A stretch of 64,000 nt of DNA from Azolla caroliniana (taxonomy: Eukaryota; Plantae; Polypodiophyta). The stretch covers positions 31,186,001-31,250,000 of the forward strand of contig JBHGNT010000001.1 in assembly GCA_043228905.1 (NCBI GenBank), in the 5' to 3' direction. The position numbers were made by a program, and so were the translations under genes. Below, piece after piece: positions 21,901-33,712 of the stretch (position 1 is its first letter; every line of letters begins with the position of its first letter). The notes under the pieces are model-generated. The model was not told the DNA's origin and did not search any database. It saw only the letters and a program-made list of their open reading frames with translations.

Positions 21901-23260
21901 TTAATTATATGATCCCTTGCCGATTGTTTATCATCACCAAAATTCGTTGAATGATTACAAGCTCCCTGCATAGTTGATCTCTTCTTATGAACACGCTTAA
22001 ATATCTTCAAATCCGCTGTTTCTTCTACTTCTTCTCTTATGGGATTATAACTTGATCTGGATGTGATGTAGCCATGGCCAAGATTAGTGCACTGATTATT
22101 ATGACGACGATGATGAAAAGCTCTCGCATGAATGGGAGGAATGTATTTCTTGTCATTTGATTTTTTATTGGGCAGAGAATGCAAACCCATTAATCTGCCC
22201 ACTAATCCTGGATCATTAATACAGCTACCATTTGATGAGTCGATCATATTCTTTATATCCTCACGATCTACTGGATCGCTACTAAATTCGAAGTTTCCTT
22301 CTTCTTGATTATTATGCTGTTTACAGTTGAGCACCTTACTTTCATTTTCCGTTTTAGTCTGCAACGAAAAGTTACAATAAATCATGGTAAGTAACAGAAC
22401 ATCGATAGATCATTAAGCGTGGGGGTCACTGTTAAGTATGCGATTACAGTGTAATGCAATTTTTGTAATTAGACGAATAAATGCAGCGGCTGAGGTTTAC
22501 AACAAGATGTACTAAAATAAGTCCTGAGTATATTACAAGATTCAGACTTGTTGGCGCCATTTCTGCTTCTTCTGCTGCTCCAATCATTTCAATATCCTTT
22601 TGCTGGTCAGCATCATTTCTCTGAGCTGTGATAGAAAACAATTAAAACACATAAGAACCACAAAAAACGCGGGCCGAATGAATGCATAAGAGTGCATCTT
22701 TACATGATCTGACTTGTTCTGAATAGAGTAAGTTAACCATTTGTAAGTAAATGTATACCTGAATGAGGAGAAGGAGGGGGTGGAGGAGGAGGAGGAGGAA
22801 GATTAATGGGGCAATGGCTGTTAGATCTAGGGCTAGCGTTAGGGCTAGAGTTAGGGCTTGGGTTAGGGCTAGGATGAGGATTAAGATGAAGATGAGGAGC
22901 AGGAGTAGGATTAGGATTAGGATTAGGATTAGGATTAGGATTAGGATAAGGATTAGGGTTAGGGTTTGCGTTAGAGTTAACATCAGAGCTAGGGTTGCTG
23001 AGGTTGGAGTTAGGATTACAGCTGGGATTAGCGGTAGGCCTATAATTATGATGATGGTGGTGCTTGTGGGAGGAAGTAAAGAAACGTTTGGAGTGAGAGA
23101 GCTTCCTGTTGAAGTGAAAGAGTTGGAAGAAGACATGGCCAACAGAACCACCGATTCTGGAAGCTGCTGGAATGATTGTATAGCTCAATTGCTTGTGATC
23201 ATCATCATGGTGACCACCACCATTCAGATGATGACTATTATTACAGAGCATTTTGTTCAT
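18920..23260 (-). CDS. TRM: TON1-recruiting-motif (TRM/LONGIFOLIA) family protein, ~1081 aa
   Basis: Exons 23260-22759, 22625-22537, 22358-20352 and 19567-18920 join in frame (3246 nt). Motifs: N-terminal FFQLFHFNRK..KRFF, PGLVGRLMGLHSLP (VARLMGL motif), HSPVSVL, RRLVFDCV, and DUF4378-type C-terminus DIDWLV..NLSRW...EIDHIVFTLERTLLRILFNELVSDL. Confidence 0.9.
20258..20283. repeat. Poly-G homopolymer (26 nt) in TRM intron 3
   Basis: Uninterrupted G run; other G runs at ~20212-20221, 23423-23435 and 26706-26720. Confidence 0.9.
22820..23035. repeat. Telomere-like (TTAGGA/TTAGGG)n hexamer array encoding Asn-Pro repeats in TRM exon 1
   Basis: ttaggattaggattaggattaggattaggattaggataaggattagggttagggttt; minus strand reads NPNPNPYPNPNPNPNPNPNP. 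Confidence 0.9.
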
Positions 23261-26200
23261 AGCAGAAGAAGAAAGTAGTAATATTATTGAATCAGTACAT
23301 ACTGAAAGAATTCAATTCTCTAATTATATTCATTCTGGTGAGAGAATGAGTGAGAGTGAGAGTTTCGAAGAAACCAATAGAAAATCTCTTTTTAGAGTGT
23401 TGGAAAGGTTTAATATGAAGAAGGGGGGGGGGGGGTGTTGATAAGGAATAAGTTGTGAAAATTAAGCCATTCCAATGGTTGGTTTCACACACGCAGCTAC
23501 AATGACTAAAGTCGAGGGAAATGTCCCGTAGCTCCATCACCTCTAAGCCTCGGATTGCCGAAGACCCCATTCACATGGACTTAAGTGGTAGACAAAACAA
23601 TGTCTAAATGCCTTATATATATACACGTGGCAATGTGTTCTTTTGCCGAAATTATGTTGATCGAGGAGCGGTCCTGAAGTGTAATATTGCATGAGACACA
23701 TTCATGTGAGGTGGCAAAAGAAGCTACTTCTATTCTATATCGAATCCGTAGATGCTTTCCTCGCGGTACGTTTTGTGAAGGCTGATAATTTATATGGTTT
23801 CTTGTGTCACAGTGTTTGCATTGGCCGATTCACATGTCTTTTTTTATATGCAAAAGGAAGACACCACATTGTGTCGAAAAAGGCCAATTACATGCTTTAG
23901 AACACCTTTGTAGGGTTGACATATGCAGACAAGAAGAAGATTTGTTTATAGACATGTGGTAGGCATTACTTACATTGGAGATGTATGTTTTCATGTGTTT
24001 GGAAAACCATACTACCTAACCATTAGAATAAACCTTATGCCAAAGGGATGCTACTTCTTGTTCCCATTGGTATTGATATAAAAATAGAAGAGTGTGTAGA
24101 TGTATAATCTCTCCTTGTTTATTGTATGAATCACAAAGACCGTGAGATATATGGGTACTATTGCAGGTGATTGTGAAACGAAGGTCTTGTACAACTTGAA
24201 AATAGCTTTGCAAGTGATTTGTGAATGTATGCGTTGGGGTAGTGTACAAGAAGACTACCAATTAGATAATCATCGTGGTTTTAAAATATGGTGCCAATAT
24301 AGGCATGCCCAAGGTATTTGATGGATAATAATATTATTTGTCTCATAATACTCTTTCATTAAGGACGAACATAAGTGTATATGTGCTTATCGAGTGATTT
24401 CATAACCTGTATGTTATGTCATCAATGGAGCAGGCGAAATGATACAAAATCAAAACATGGTTTTAACCACAATTACATACCATGCCAAATACTTTTGGTA
24501 TTGGAGTTTAGTTGTAGGAATGATTTCATACAAAGCTTGAAGAAAAACATGAGGTATGTTTGGACTTGATTTCATTCTCTAGTTTGTGACATCGTCTCAC
24601 ATGTAACTATTCATCTCGCTCAATAGAGAGACACAATAAACCCTAAGGGCTCAATTGAGCTTTTCACAATGCTTCATTTGTAAAAGGTTGACTCCGACAT
24701 CCATATCTTAAGCTTCTTTAAGGTAGTTGAATTAGCTTACATGACAACTTTGAAATTTACAACATTTGCATATGTAGAAAGGCCCACAAAGTTGCTCAAA
24801 TATTCTTGATAGACTTTTAAGATATGATGGCTAGATTGATCTAATATTCATGTAGCGCAAATATAAATTCAATAAAATATTTCTATTCTCTCTTTAATTT
24901 TGTGAAGATACAACATTCACACAATATTTTCAAGCATCCTATGATATCAAGATTTGATCTACATAAGAGATATTGAGGTTGGGACCTACCATAGAAACTA
25001 CTTTTAAAACACCGATTATGTTTGAGGTAAAGTATGTTATTGGTGAAAACATTTGTCAAGGGTGGACATAGTGAATATTGTCAATATGGCAGATTTCTTT
25101 GCATATTGTCCCCAATGGCCTACTTGTTCCTATAATCAACATCATACTACTTATTGTGAAAGAAGTTAATTTAATCAATGAACCTATTTAGAGCGATTGT
25201 ACATAAACCAAAGTGTATTCTTCGACTAAATCTTGTGCTCCTCAATTGATTATCAATGCCGTTCTTTAAAACAATTATGAACCAAATGTTTTGCCCAATT
25301 CATTGTTCTGAGTTTTACTCCATGTAATGTGGGAATGTGATATATATCAATGTTGTAAAGCCATGTTCTAGTAAGGAAGTTCGCAATGATGTGACTTGAA
25401 CTAGAATCATCATGGCTTTCTTTACATCAAACATGTCATCACACAACAGTCACCAAAGAACCAAATATGCTATCTTACATTGCAAAAACACACAGGATTT
25501 ACCATTAGAATTGGGCAAAGTGGTTTGGTGCACAATTTTCTTTTGACATAAAAATTTTTCACTACCATTTAACCATGCTTCTATATTGGATTTTCAAGTT
25601 TATGTACTTATACATCTCATGAAACTTAGCTAGAATGATGGGAATCTAAATTAAGATGGTCGACGGTCGTAGCCAAACAAAGATGTCTATTTCTTGTGCA
25701 CTTTATTTAACAAAAATGTTGTAATGTTTGAATGTGTACATGTGTAGTTATTCTACAACATGAATGGTTTATGCTTTTGAAGAAAATTTGTGTCCAACTT
25801 AAGTAGTTGGATCCATCGTATGAGTTAAACTCTAGTGTACATCATAAAGCAAGAATTCAACTTGTGGAAACTCTAGAGGCATTCGAAGACAACAATTTCA
25901 TGTTCTAGATGGGAATATGTAGTCATGTCGGAACTCTTAATTTTCGTGTTTTTTTCATGTGCGAAAGGTGGTGGGTGAATGTGGGCTTTTAGAGAATGAT
26001 GGTTGTGCGAGATTGAAGATGGGCAAGAGGCTAAATCAGAATTGAGTGGGAAATTTGTTTTGTTTTGAAATCATGCAAGCGCATGCGCAGACACAGTGAG
26101 TGGCCGTACAATCGAGTTGAGCTAGAGTGGAGGGTACACAAATTCATCATATACTGCAAATGATCTCAAGAGGCCATCAAGTGCGATGTGCGAGAGGTGT

Positions 26201-27749
26201 GGTTGTTGGGTGTGTTAGAAGGCGCTCCTTGTACCAAGGTAAGTTAAGTTGGTTCAATTGAAAGAAAAAGCAAACATAGGGACAAAGAGAGCGTCCCAAA
26301 AAGGGCTATAACTAAAGTTCAAAGTTCAAAGTTCAAAACTAACGAACAAAAAGAAAGAAGAAAATCAAAACAAAGAAAGCGCGGGACAATTTTGATGGAA
26401 GAAATCAAATAAATCCTTCGTATAAATCTATATATATATATATATATAATATTAATATATCATTTTTTTGCTTATTTATTGACTTTTATGATTTGTGGTT
26501 TAATATGTAGTGCGATTAGTTGTTTGTGTTGGTCGAAAATTCAAACAGCTAAAAAGAAGAAGAAGCAGAATGGACGCTAAATTAAAGTAAAAACCAAATT
26601 ACAAAGTCTCTTTTACTTGAATTAGATTCTCCAAAAGCGAAAGAAACAAGAAATAATAAAATCGCATCTGAAATTAGAAAAATCGCTAATTATTATTATT
26701 TATTTGGGGGGGGGGGGGGGCGTTATGTGTGTGTTTTGTTGAATAAATACAAATCAATCAACTTAATTGAGAGATTATCTAAATCGATCCCTTTTTTTTG
26801 TTTTATTTGATTCTTTTATTTATTTATTATTTTGGGACTTTGGTTTTTCTTCTTCTTCTTTTCTTATTCACGATAGTTATTCCATTTTGTATGATTGACT
26901 ATATACACGTATGATATGTGTATGATTGTGTTGTTCATTCTATTATTAGTAGAAAGCACCATCAATAAGAACAAGAATACTAATAATTTCCATTATAGAA
27001 ACAATCAGCTTTAGAGTAGGCATTAAAAAGGGATAAGGGAAATTGCACACACATGTGTGTCCCCAAGATCAAGCTTTCTAACCCCATTCAATTTTCAATT
27101 GTACATTGATTGCCACGCTAACATTTCTACTACTACTATCATACAAAATGAGCCCCCAAAAGCCTAAAACATATTAGATAAAACAAAGGAAAGAGATTTT
27201 TTGGGTGGAGGGGGAGAATACAATGCAATATTATGTTTTATGAATGAACCCCCACCCAAACAAATTTAATTCATCTCCAGTTCTTTCACACTTTACATGG
27301 AATTTTGTGATCAATACACCGACACAACATTTTCCTTCGTTAATAGCAACACGATACATTCTCTCCCTCTAATACATACATAGGACATTTCTACAATCTT
27401 CTCTTACTTATTTATCTATCCACTACCTTATATTCACCAGGAAACAAATGGATGTCAAATAAAAAGATAAATAGAAGCCCATTCATTTGTTGTTTTTGAG
27501 CTTAACACTCCACATCTCCTACATGTGGCAACGCTAATCATATTATATTCTTGCAAAACTTATATTACATGCATAAGCAATGTTAGCACGTGTTTCTTTC
27601 GGTACCTATTGGAGGTCGTGTTAGTTGAGACGTCATGTAGTTGCTATGGTCTGAAATAAGGGGACGAAGTATCCGATTATTGGTTATTTAGAGGTGTTAT
27701 TTATGCCTTAGGATATTATCTCGAGAACATGTAGATGTATCATTTCAAT

Positions 27750-30100
27750 GTAATGGCTTCACCTAATAAACCATAAAAGTTTTGTGGACTTCGACATAAG
27801 TGAATGTATGAATTATCTACAAATATATGCTTCTACGGATCAAACCAAGTCAACATTATGCATGCCATTGGAAAAAACAGATGATACGCCTCACACAACA
27901 TATGCTCTTGCTTCCAAGCAAGTTTAAATATTAAATTAGTATATATATTCAATTTCTTTCATGCGAAACCTTGGCTACGAAAACAATCAAGAATATCGGA
28001 AATTTTCCTTGTACATAAGCTTCTTGAATGTGACAAAGGTTCCTTCTACCAAGCAAAATGGCCAAATTCTTTTTCATGCACAAATTTCCTCTCGCGAACA
28101 TCCATTACAACAATTGAAGATGTGTGGTCAACCAATATCACATGCTGAAAAATGAAGGGTGGATGTAAACAAGAAATGACTCATTCATACGTCTAGGAAG
28201 TGTATGTGTTACAAATTTCTGTTGAAATTTAGGTAAAGTATTAAAAACACTTGTCTTATACACTGAAAATTGAAAGCATCCATACAAGTTTCTAAAATAT
28301 CAATAGTATCTCGGGGTCAAGTTTTTAAGCCATGAAAATAACACCTATTAGAACATATAATATAGTAAAAGAAAGTAACAATGAGAATGAAATAAAAGCG
28401 AAAGGATGATAATATTTAAGCTATGTTATGATCATATTTTTGTTAAGCCTTCCATGAACGACTTCTTACTCTTATCTTTTGCTATCTATCTTACACACAT
28501 TCCTAAACATTGACCCTTGCACCATGCCAACAACACATGTATGCGGTTTATGAGGATCCCAAGTAGTGCACACATTCCCTTTTGAGATAGTGTAATAAAA
28601 CATATCTCAACCAATTATGTGGGGACAGATTCCCTAGATGTCTATGGATTATAGTTTATATGATTTGATTTGCACTTGGCCTGTTTAATGACCTTGATAA
28701 AAGCAAATTGCAAACAATGGTGTGGTATTTGTCTTTTTTTCATCATTATTGTGTGATTGAATAACTTTGTAATATTTTTCTTGGCAACTTCTCATATATG
28801 GTTTGGTTCTCACAAAGCTGTGTGATTGAATGACTTTGTAATATCTTGGCAACTTCTTGTATCTTGTTCGGTTCTCACTAAGGTGTTTCCAATTAAACAA
28901 TGTTACATTTATGTATGATCTTCTTCCATAGTATTCTTTTTGCTCATCCAATTAACTCATGTTTGATGTAATGGTTGTGAGTCTAATACTGAAATAATAT
29001 TGTTGACAGTTGTTTTCATTTAAGAAATGGATGGTAAATATTACCATAATAACCAATGCCTCCTATCTAAATAGTAAAAACATAACAATGAAGTAACATA
29101 GAGATTTATTTAGTCATATATTGAAGTAAAGTACAATCCATGGGGGTTATTAATATATGCAAATGTTTTCTAAGTCAACAAACACGATACGACAATATAG
29201 TGGAGAAGTGTGAAAGTGGTACAAAATTAATAATTTAACCACTATCGAACGTTTATGCAAGTCCTTGAGATAGTGAAATTTTTCGAATGCATTCTTAATA
29301 TGTTTGAAGATTCATTCATTATATCAAGAGAAACTATTGATGTTATAACATAAATTAATCTCACAAGCATTACAATTATGCAACAGAGAAGAGAATGTAG
29401 GTGTGCCATGAAATTGTTGCTTATAGTTTCTAAGGGCACATCTTATGAAAATATATGGCATAATTTATTTTTTAAAGAAAAATGCACCTTAGTATATTAC
29501 TTCAAAATTGTACATAGAAAACAGAAGGAGACATTTCATCACACTTCTATTGTGATACAAAGGCTAGTATAAGCATGTGATCAAACAGAGGATGTCATAT
29601 ATGAAACAAGTGGAGCAATAACTACGAGCAATACAACAGAAAGAGACAGTATGGTATAATTCCACCTCATACGAGAAGCTGTATCCGAAAATAAGTGAAG
29701 CCCTTGCCATTGTTTCTTAAAGGCCACTTGACATTGCCATAGAACATCAGTCGAACCCAGCGGATCATTATATTGGCCAAGTATTGTGTGGACAAATAAC
29801 ATCCAGAATTCAATAAGCATGGCGTGGATATGTATGTGAGCATTGTAAAAAACAACATCACATCTCTATTATCCCCCTATTATCCAAAGATCCAATGACG
29901 TAATAGTACACCAAATAACCAGATTTTCAATTATGAACCATTGAATAGAAGATGGAAATATATGGTGCAATTGCAATAGTAAGGTTGAGTATAGAGTATG
30001 CTTTTCTCCATTGTGGTTGAAACTTATGCTCCCACTCACAAAGTATTCCATGGTTGCATTCGCTCCATCACATATGTAGAGGGAGTTGGCCATGTAGGAG
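27750..30100 (-). mobile_element. Possible highly degenerate Mutator-like (MULE) transposase remnant
   Basis: Broken minus-strand fragments in the expected order: SFNHNGEKHTLYSTLLL..HH.FP...WFII (~30020-29930), RIHVLLAW...KDKSKKSFMEGLTKI (~28550-28440), MHNVD...SVEAY (~27865-27830). Loosely resembles MULE DDE motifs; many stops. Confidence 0.3.
28751..28884. repeat. Two-copy ~68-bp tandem duplication
   Basis: GTGTGATTGAAT.ACTTTGTAATAT..CTTGGCAACTTCT...GGTTCTCAC repeated. Confidence 0.85.
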
Positions 30101-33100
30101 GCATGTTCTTAGGGAGCTCTATATCTATATAGTGACTAAGAGGAGGAGAATGAGAACATGGTTCAAGATGAGATTAGGTTTAGGATTGATGTGGTATGTT
30201 ACCTTGAGGCCATCACATTATAGACATTGAACCATAACTACACTTAATTAATGATGTCTTGTTCTTACTAGCTGCACTAGGGGAAGAGTTGTAACCGACA
30301 CCCATGAAAGAAAGCTAGTGAATGGGGTATTTTGGCAACCAACAATAATGTACCATGAATTAGGGGGGAAATGTGAAGCCTTGTATAATGATTATACTAT
30401 ATATGTTGTACCAAAATACTGAAATATCATTTTCTTTTAGTGGGAAAACTCAAGTTAGCAATACATGGTAGATACTAGAACCCACCCTCGTGTTTGCTAA
30501 CTACATTGCTTGGTATGAGTTATCTCATATTCTCTTTGGTGCAAGATGGGGTATTGGGGGCCCTAGCCATGAAACTCAACAACTTTGCATGTTTTTGGTT
30601 AAAACAAATCCTTGAGTCTTGAGTATTACATTTTGTTGCAATGGTCCACCTCCATCCACAATCCAATCATATGTCTAAACATATTTTTATCATAGCGACA
30701 TTACATACTCTCAATTCCAATGCTCTTTATCAAGAATCAATTACCAACTCCACGCACAACACATGACAATTGTTGAGTTGCAATTGGGTTTACCAACATT
30801 CTCTATCTAAATAATAGGTCTTTTAATGGTTTGAAGGCACTATTGCCCATCAAGTGGTATGTAACATGAAAGGCTATTATGTATAAAAGTGAAAATGACA
30901 ATTTACTTTAAGAGTTTGCAAGACTGATTTAGGATGACAACAATTGTTCATCATGTGACCACCAATGAATCAATATTTAAGTTTGACAATACAACTACCC
31001 ATCATGTGACCTACATAAGTTGCCATATGGGCACACATTTGGGAAGAGAGAGAGAGAGAGTAGACGTAATCAAAGTATTTATTTAACACTATGCATGTAT
31101 CTTTTGTAATATATCGTCTCCTTGTCTTGAATCACTATATATGAATGTTTTGGTTAAGTATTTATTTAACACTATTTAATTGATGGATTCGTCACATAAG
31201 GAGAATCAAGCCGATACAACTATGGATGTCAAAATGAAACGTTAGAAAATAATTTCCCTACTGTGATTTGTTGACGATTTAGTCTTTTGCATGGTGTAGA
31301 AAGCTTTAGGGGAAAGTTGAAATGTTGTAGAAAATTTTACGAGGTGGCATGGTGTCCAATTATTAACAAATTGTAAGGAAATTTGGAATCTCATTTGTAG
31401 GGAACCTACCTACTTATAACATCCTTAGTTATATGCAGAAGAAGCGATATATAAGGTAATTTATTTTAAAATTGATATATCTGCAAAGTGGAAGAGATTT
31501 GAGCCATTTGCATTAACATTTCCTTCTTGCATATGAGTAGAACAAGAAGCACAAACCATGATTAGTGCAAGAGAATTTTTTCAATCAAGCATGGTTTTTC
31601 CACCCATGCCAAAACTCATATTGTTAAAGTTAAAGTTAGTAATTTCTTGGTAGAGTGAGTAGGTGGTTCGTTGTGAGGTGTAGGGAATAGGGCCCCTAAA
31701 TCAACTTACAATTAATCAAACCTTTAAAACATTTGGCCCCCTTAGGACATGCCCCACAATTGGAATATAAATTAAGTCAAACCCTTATATAAAAGGGGAG
31801 ATATAAAAAATATGAACAATTATCAAACAAACATGATTAGTCTCTTACGATAAAGTTATATGGAAGTGTAATGGAGTCAAACCTACGTTCATGGTTTGAA
31901 GCAAATGGAAAGAGAGCAACGCAAAGGAGGGTTTTAAATGCATCAAAACACCATTGATCATCTTATTATTGTTTGGGTCCTATTGGAGGACGTTGTTTAA
32001 AAAGTAAAATATTATATTATTAATTTGTAGACTTCAAGAAATCTTTTCAATTGATTTCAAAACACAAAGGAAACTCAAAGTACCACGTGAATATATGCAT
32101 CTATGAGAAGGTAATGTGCGATGTGCCTATGGGAGGTGGAATGTCATATATTTTTGCTAACACTATTGTGTTAAGCAACCCTCACTCTCACCCACTCTTT
32201 GTGTTTATTGCATCGATAAATCAAAAGAAATGGTTGACAGTATGTAAAATAAGAAGGCACCGGAAAGGATGCCATTGGGAATGGACTTATCATGCTTTTG
32301 TTATACACGAATGATGTATCTTCAGAAACTTTTGTTTGTAGCACCAATAGCTTTGAGACACAATTATGGGTGAAGGTTCAAAATAAAGATAAACCAAACA
32401 TTGTGTACAATAATGAGCTCATTGAGGATGGCTCTCATACAAACATGCTACAAGGAATAAATTTATCCACTATCCTAACCATTGTTTCCACAAAACTTTG
32501 CTCAAATTCTCTTTTGTTGGAGATTAGGAGTTGAGCCCCATACAACTACTATATACTCATTGTTTTTTCCTCAAACAAAATTTTAGCTTAAGTATCATGC
32601 ATCTATCTCCTACAGCGTGCCACATTCGTCAGCACTTAAAGATTGTTTTCCCGACATCAGCCCTCCAAATCATGACATATTAATTGTGAACATCCTTAAT
32701 TCACTTCCACACATTGGATCATGTAGCAATATAGACCTATCCCAATACACATTTGTCTCACTCACATTGTCACTTCTACATACAAGAATCACTTAACATT
32801 GAGAATTACTAATTAACTACATGTATATTATGTGGGCATGATTCACCTCAATTCCACCCAACAGATATTAATAAAACTTATCTATCAATGTATCTCCTTG
32901 TACACAAGCACACACTTGAAAATATCTCCCTTAAATGGGATCCCTTCATGAACATAACATGTCACACTCATTCATATCAGTCATGAGTTTTAGGCTACCA
33001 CCCTCCTAATTAATGTTGAGGTTTCCCCCCTTGAGTATTGCTTGTCCTTATGCCAACACGTTAACGCCCAACCTTGAGCAAGATTCTCTGAATGCGATGT

Positions 33101-33615
33101 TATTACTTTGTAACATGTGGTATGCTTTTGCACATATGAAATTGAAAGTCTCAAAAGATGGGTGGTCAATGTGGGGCTAGCATGGAGTAACCTTGGGCAT
33201 CAACATGTGCTCAAGAAGATACACACTTCCAAATGCTTTGGTGTGTCAAACTCGGTTCTAATCTCTTTCACATCTTAAATAGGTTTCAACTTTCAACTAA
33301 CATTACTCCTCACAAACTCACATGATCCATGGTTTACACATTTCCTTGGATTCTAGAAGGATCACCAGACAGGGTTTGCGGTCCTTTCAAATGCATAGAA
33401 ATAGTAGACTTGATAATGAGAAAATACAAGAAAGATTTGATATAGGCCCTATTTCCAAAATGACAAAGTTTACTAATATCTCCATGCACAAACTTCTAAA
33501 AACCATATGATGACCACGAAAACAAAACCATAGGTCACTTGGTCTTGGCCATTCTTAGTGTTTTATTAGAATTATGAACGTCTTTGAAGAACTTTGGCCA
33601 GTGGACACCATAACA

Positions 33616-33629
33616 ACACACACACACAC

Positions 33630-33677
<48 letters not shown>

Positions 33678-33712
33678 TACATATATACATATATATCTAT
33701 ATCTATATCTAT
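33616..33712. repeat. Compound (CA)n(TA)n microsatellite
   Basis: Directly visible. Confidence 0.95.

Noticed and set aside
20139-22385. 748-aa ORF as a stand-alone gene with a poly-Pro tail
   Set aside because: It is TRM exon 3 (22358-20352) read into flanking introns; the poly-Pro comes from the intronic G26 run
22906-22967. Interstitial telomere / chromosome fusion scar
   Set aside because: Mostly TTAGGA rather than plant TTTAGGG, and in frame within a coding exon; better explained by Asn-Pro codon slippage
22763-23278. 171-aa Arg/Ile-repeat ORF (+) and 169-aa Leu/Ile-repeat ORF (22642-23151, -)
   Set aside because: Shadows of the stop-free hexamer repeat in TRM exon 1; the NP frame carries the TRM motif and splices in phase
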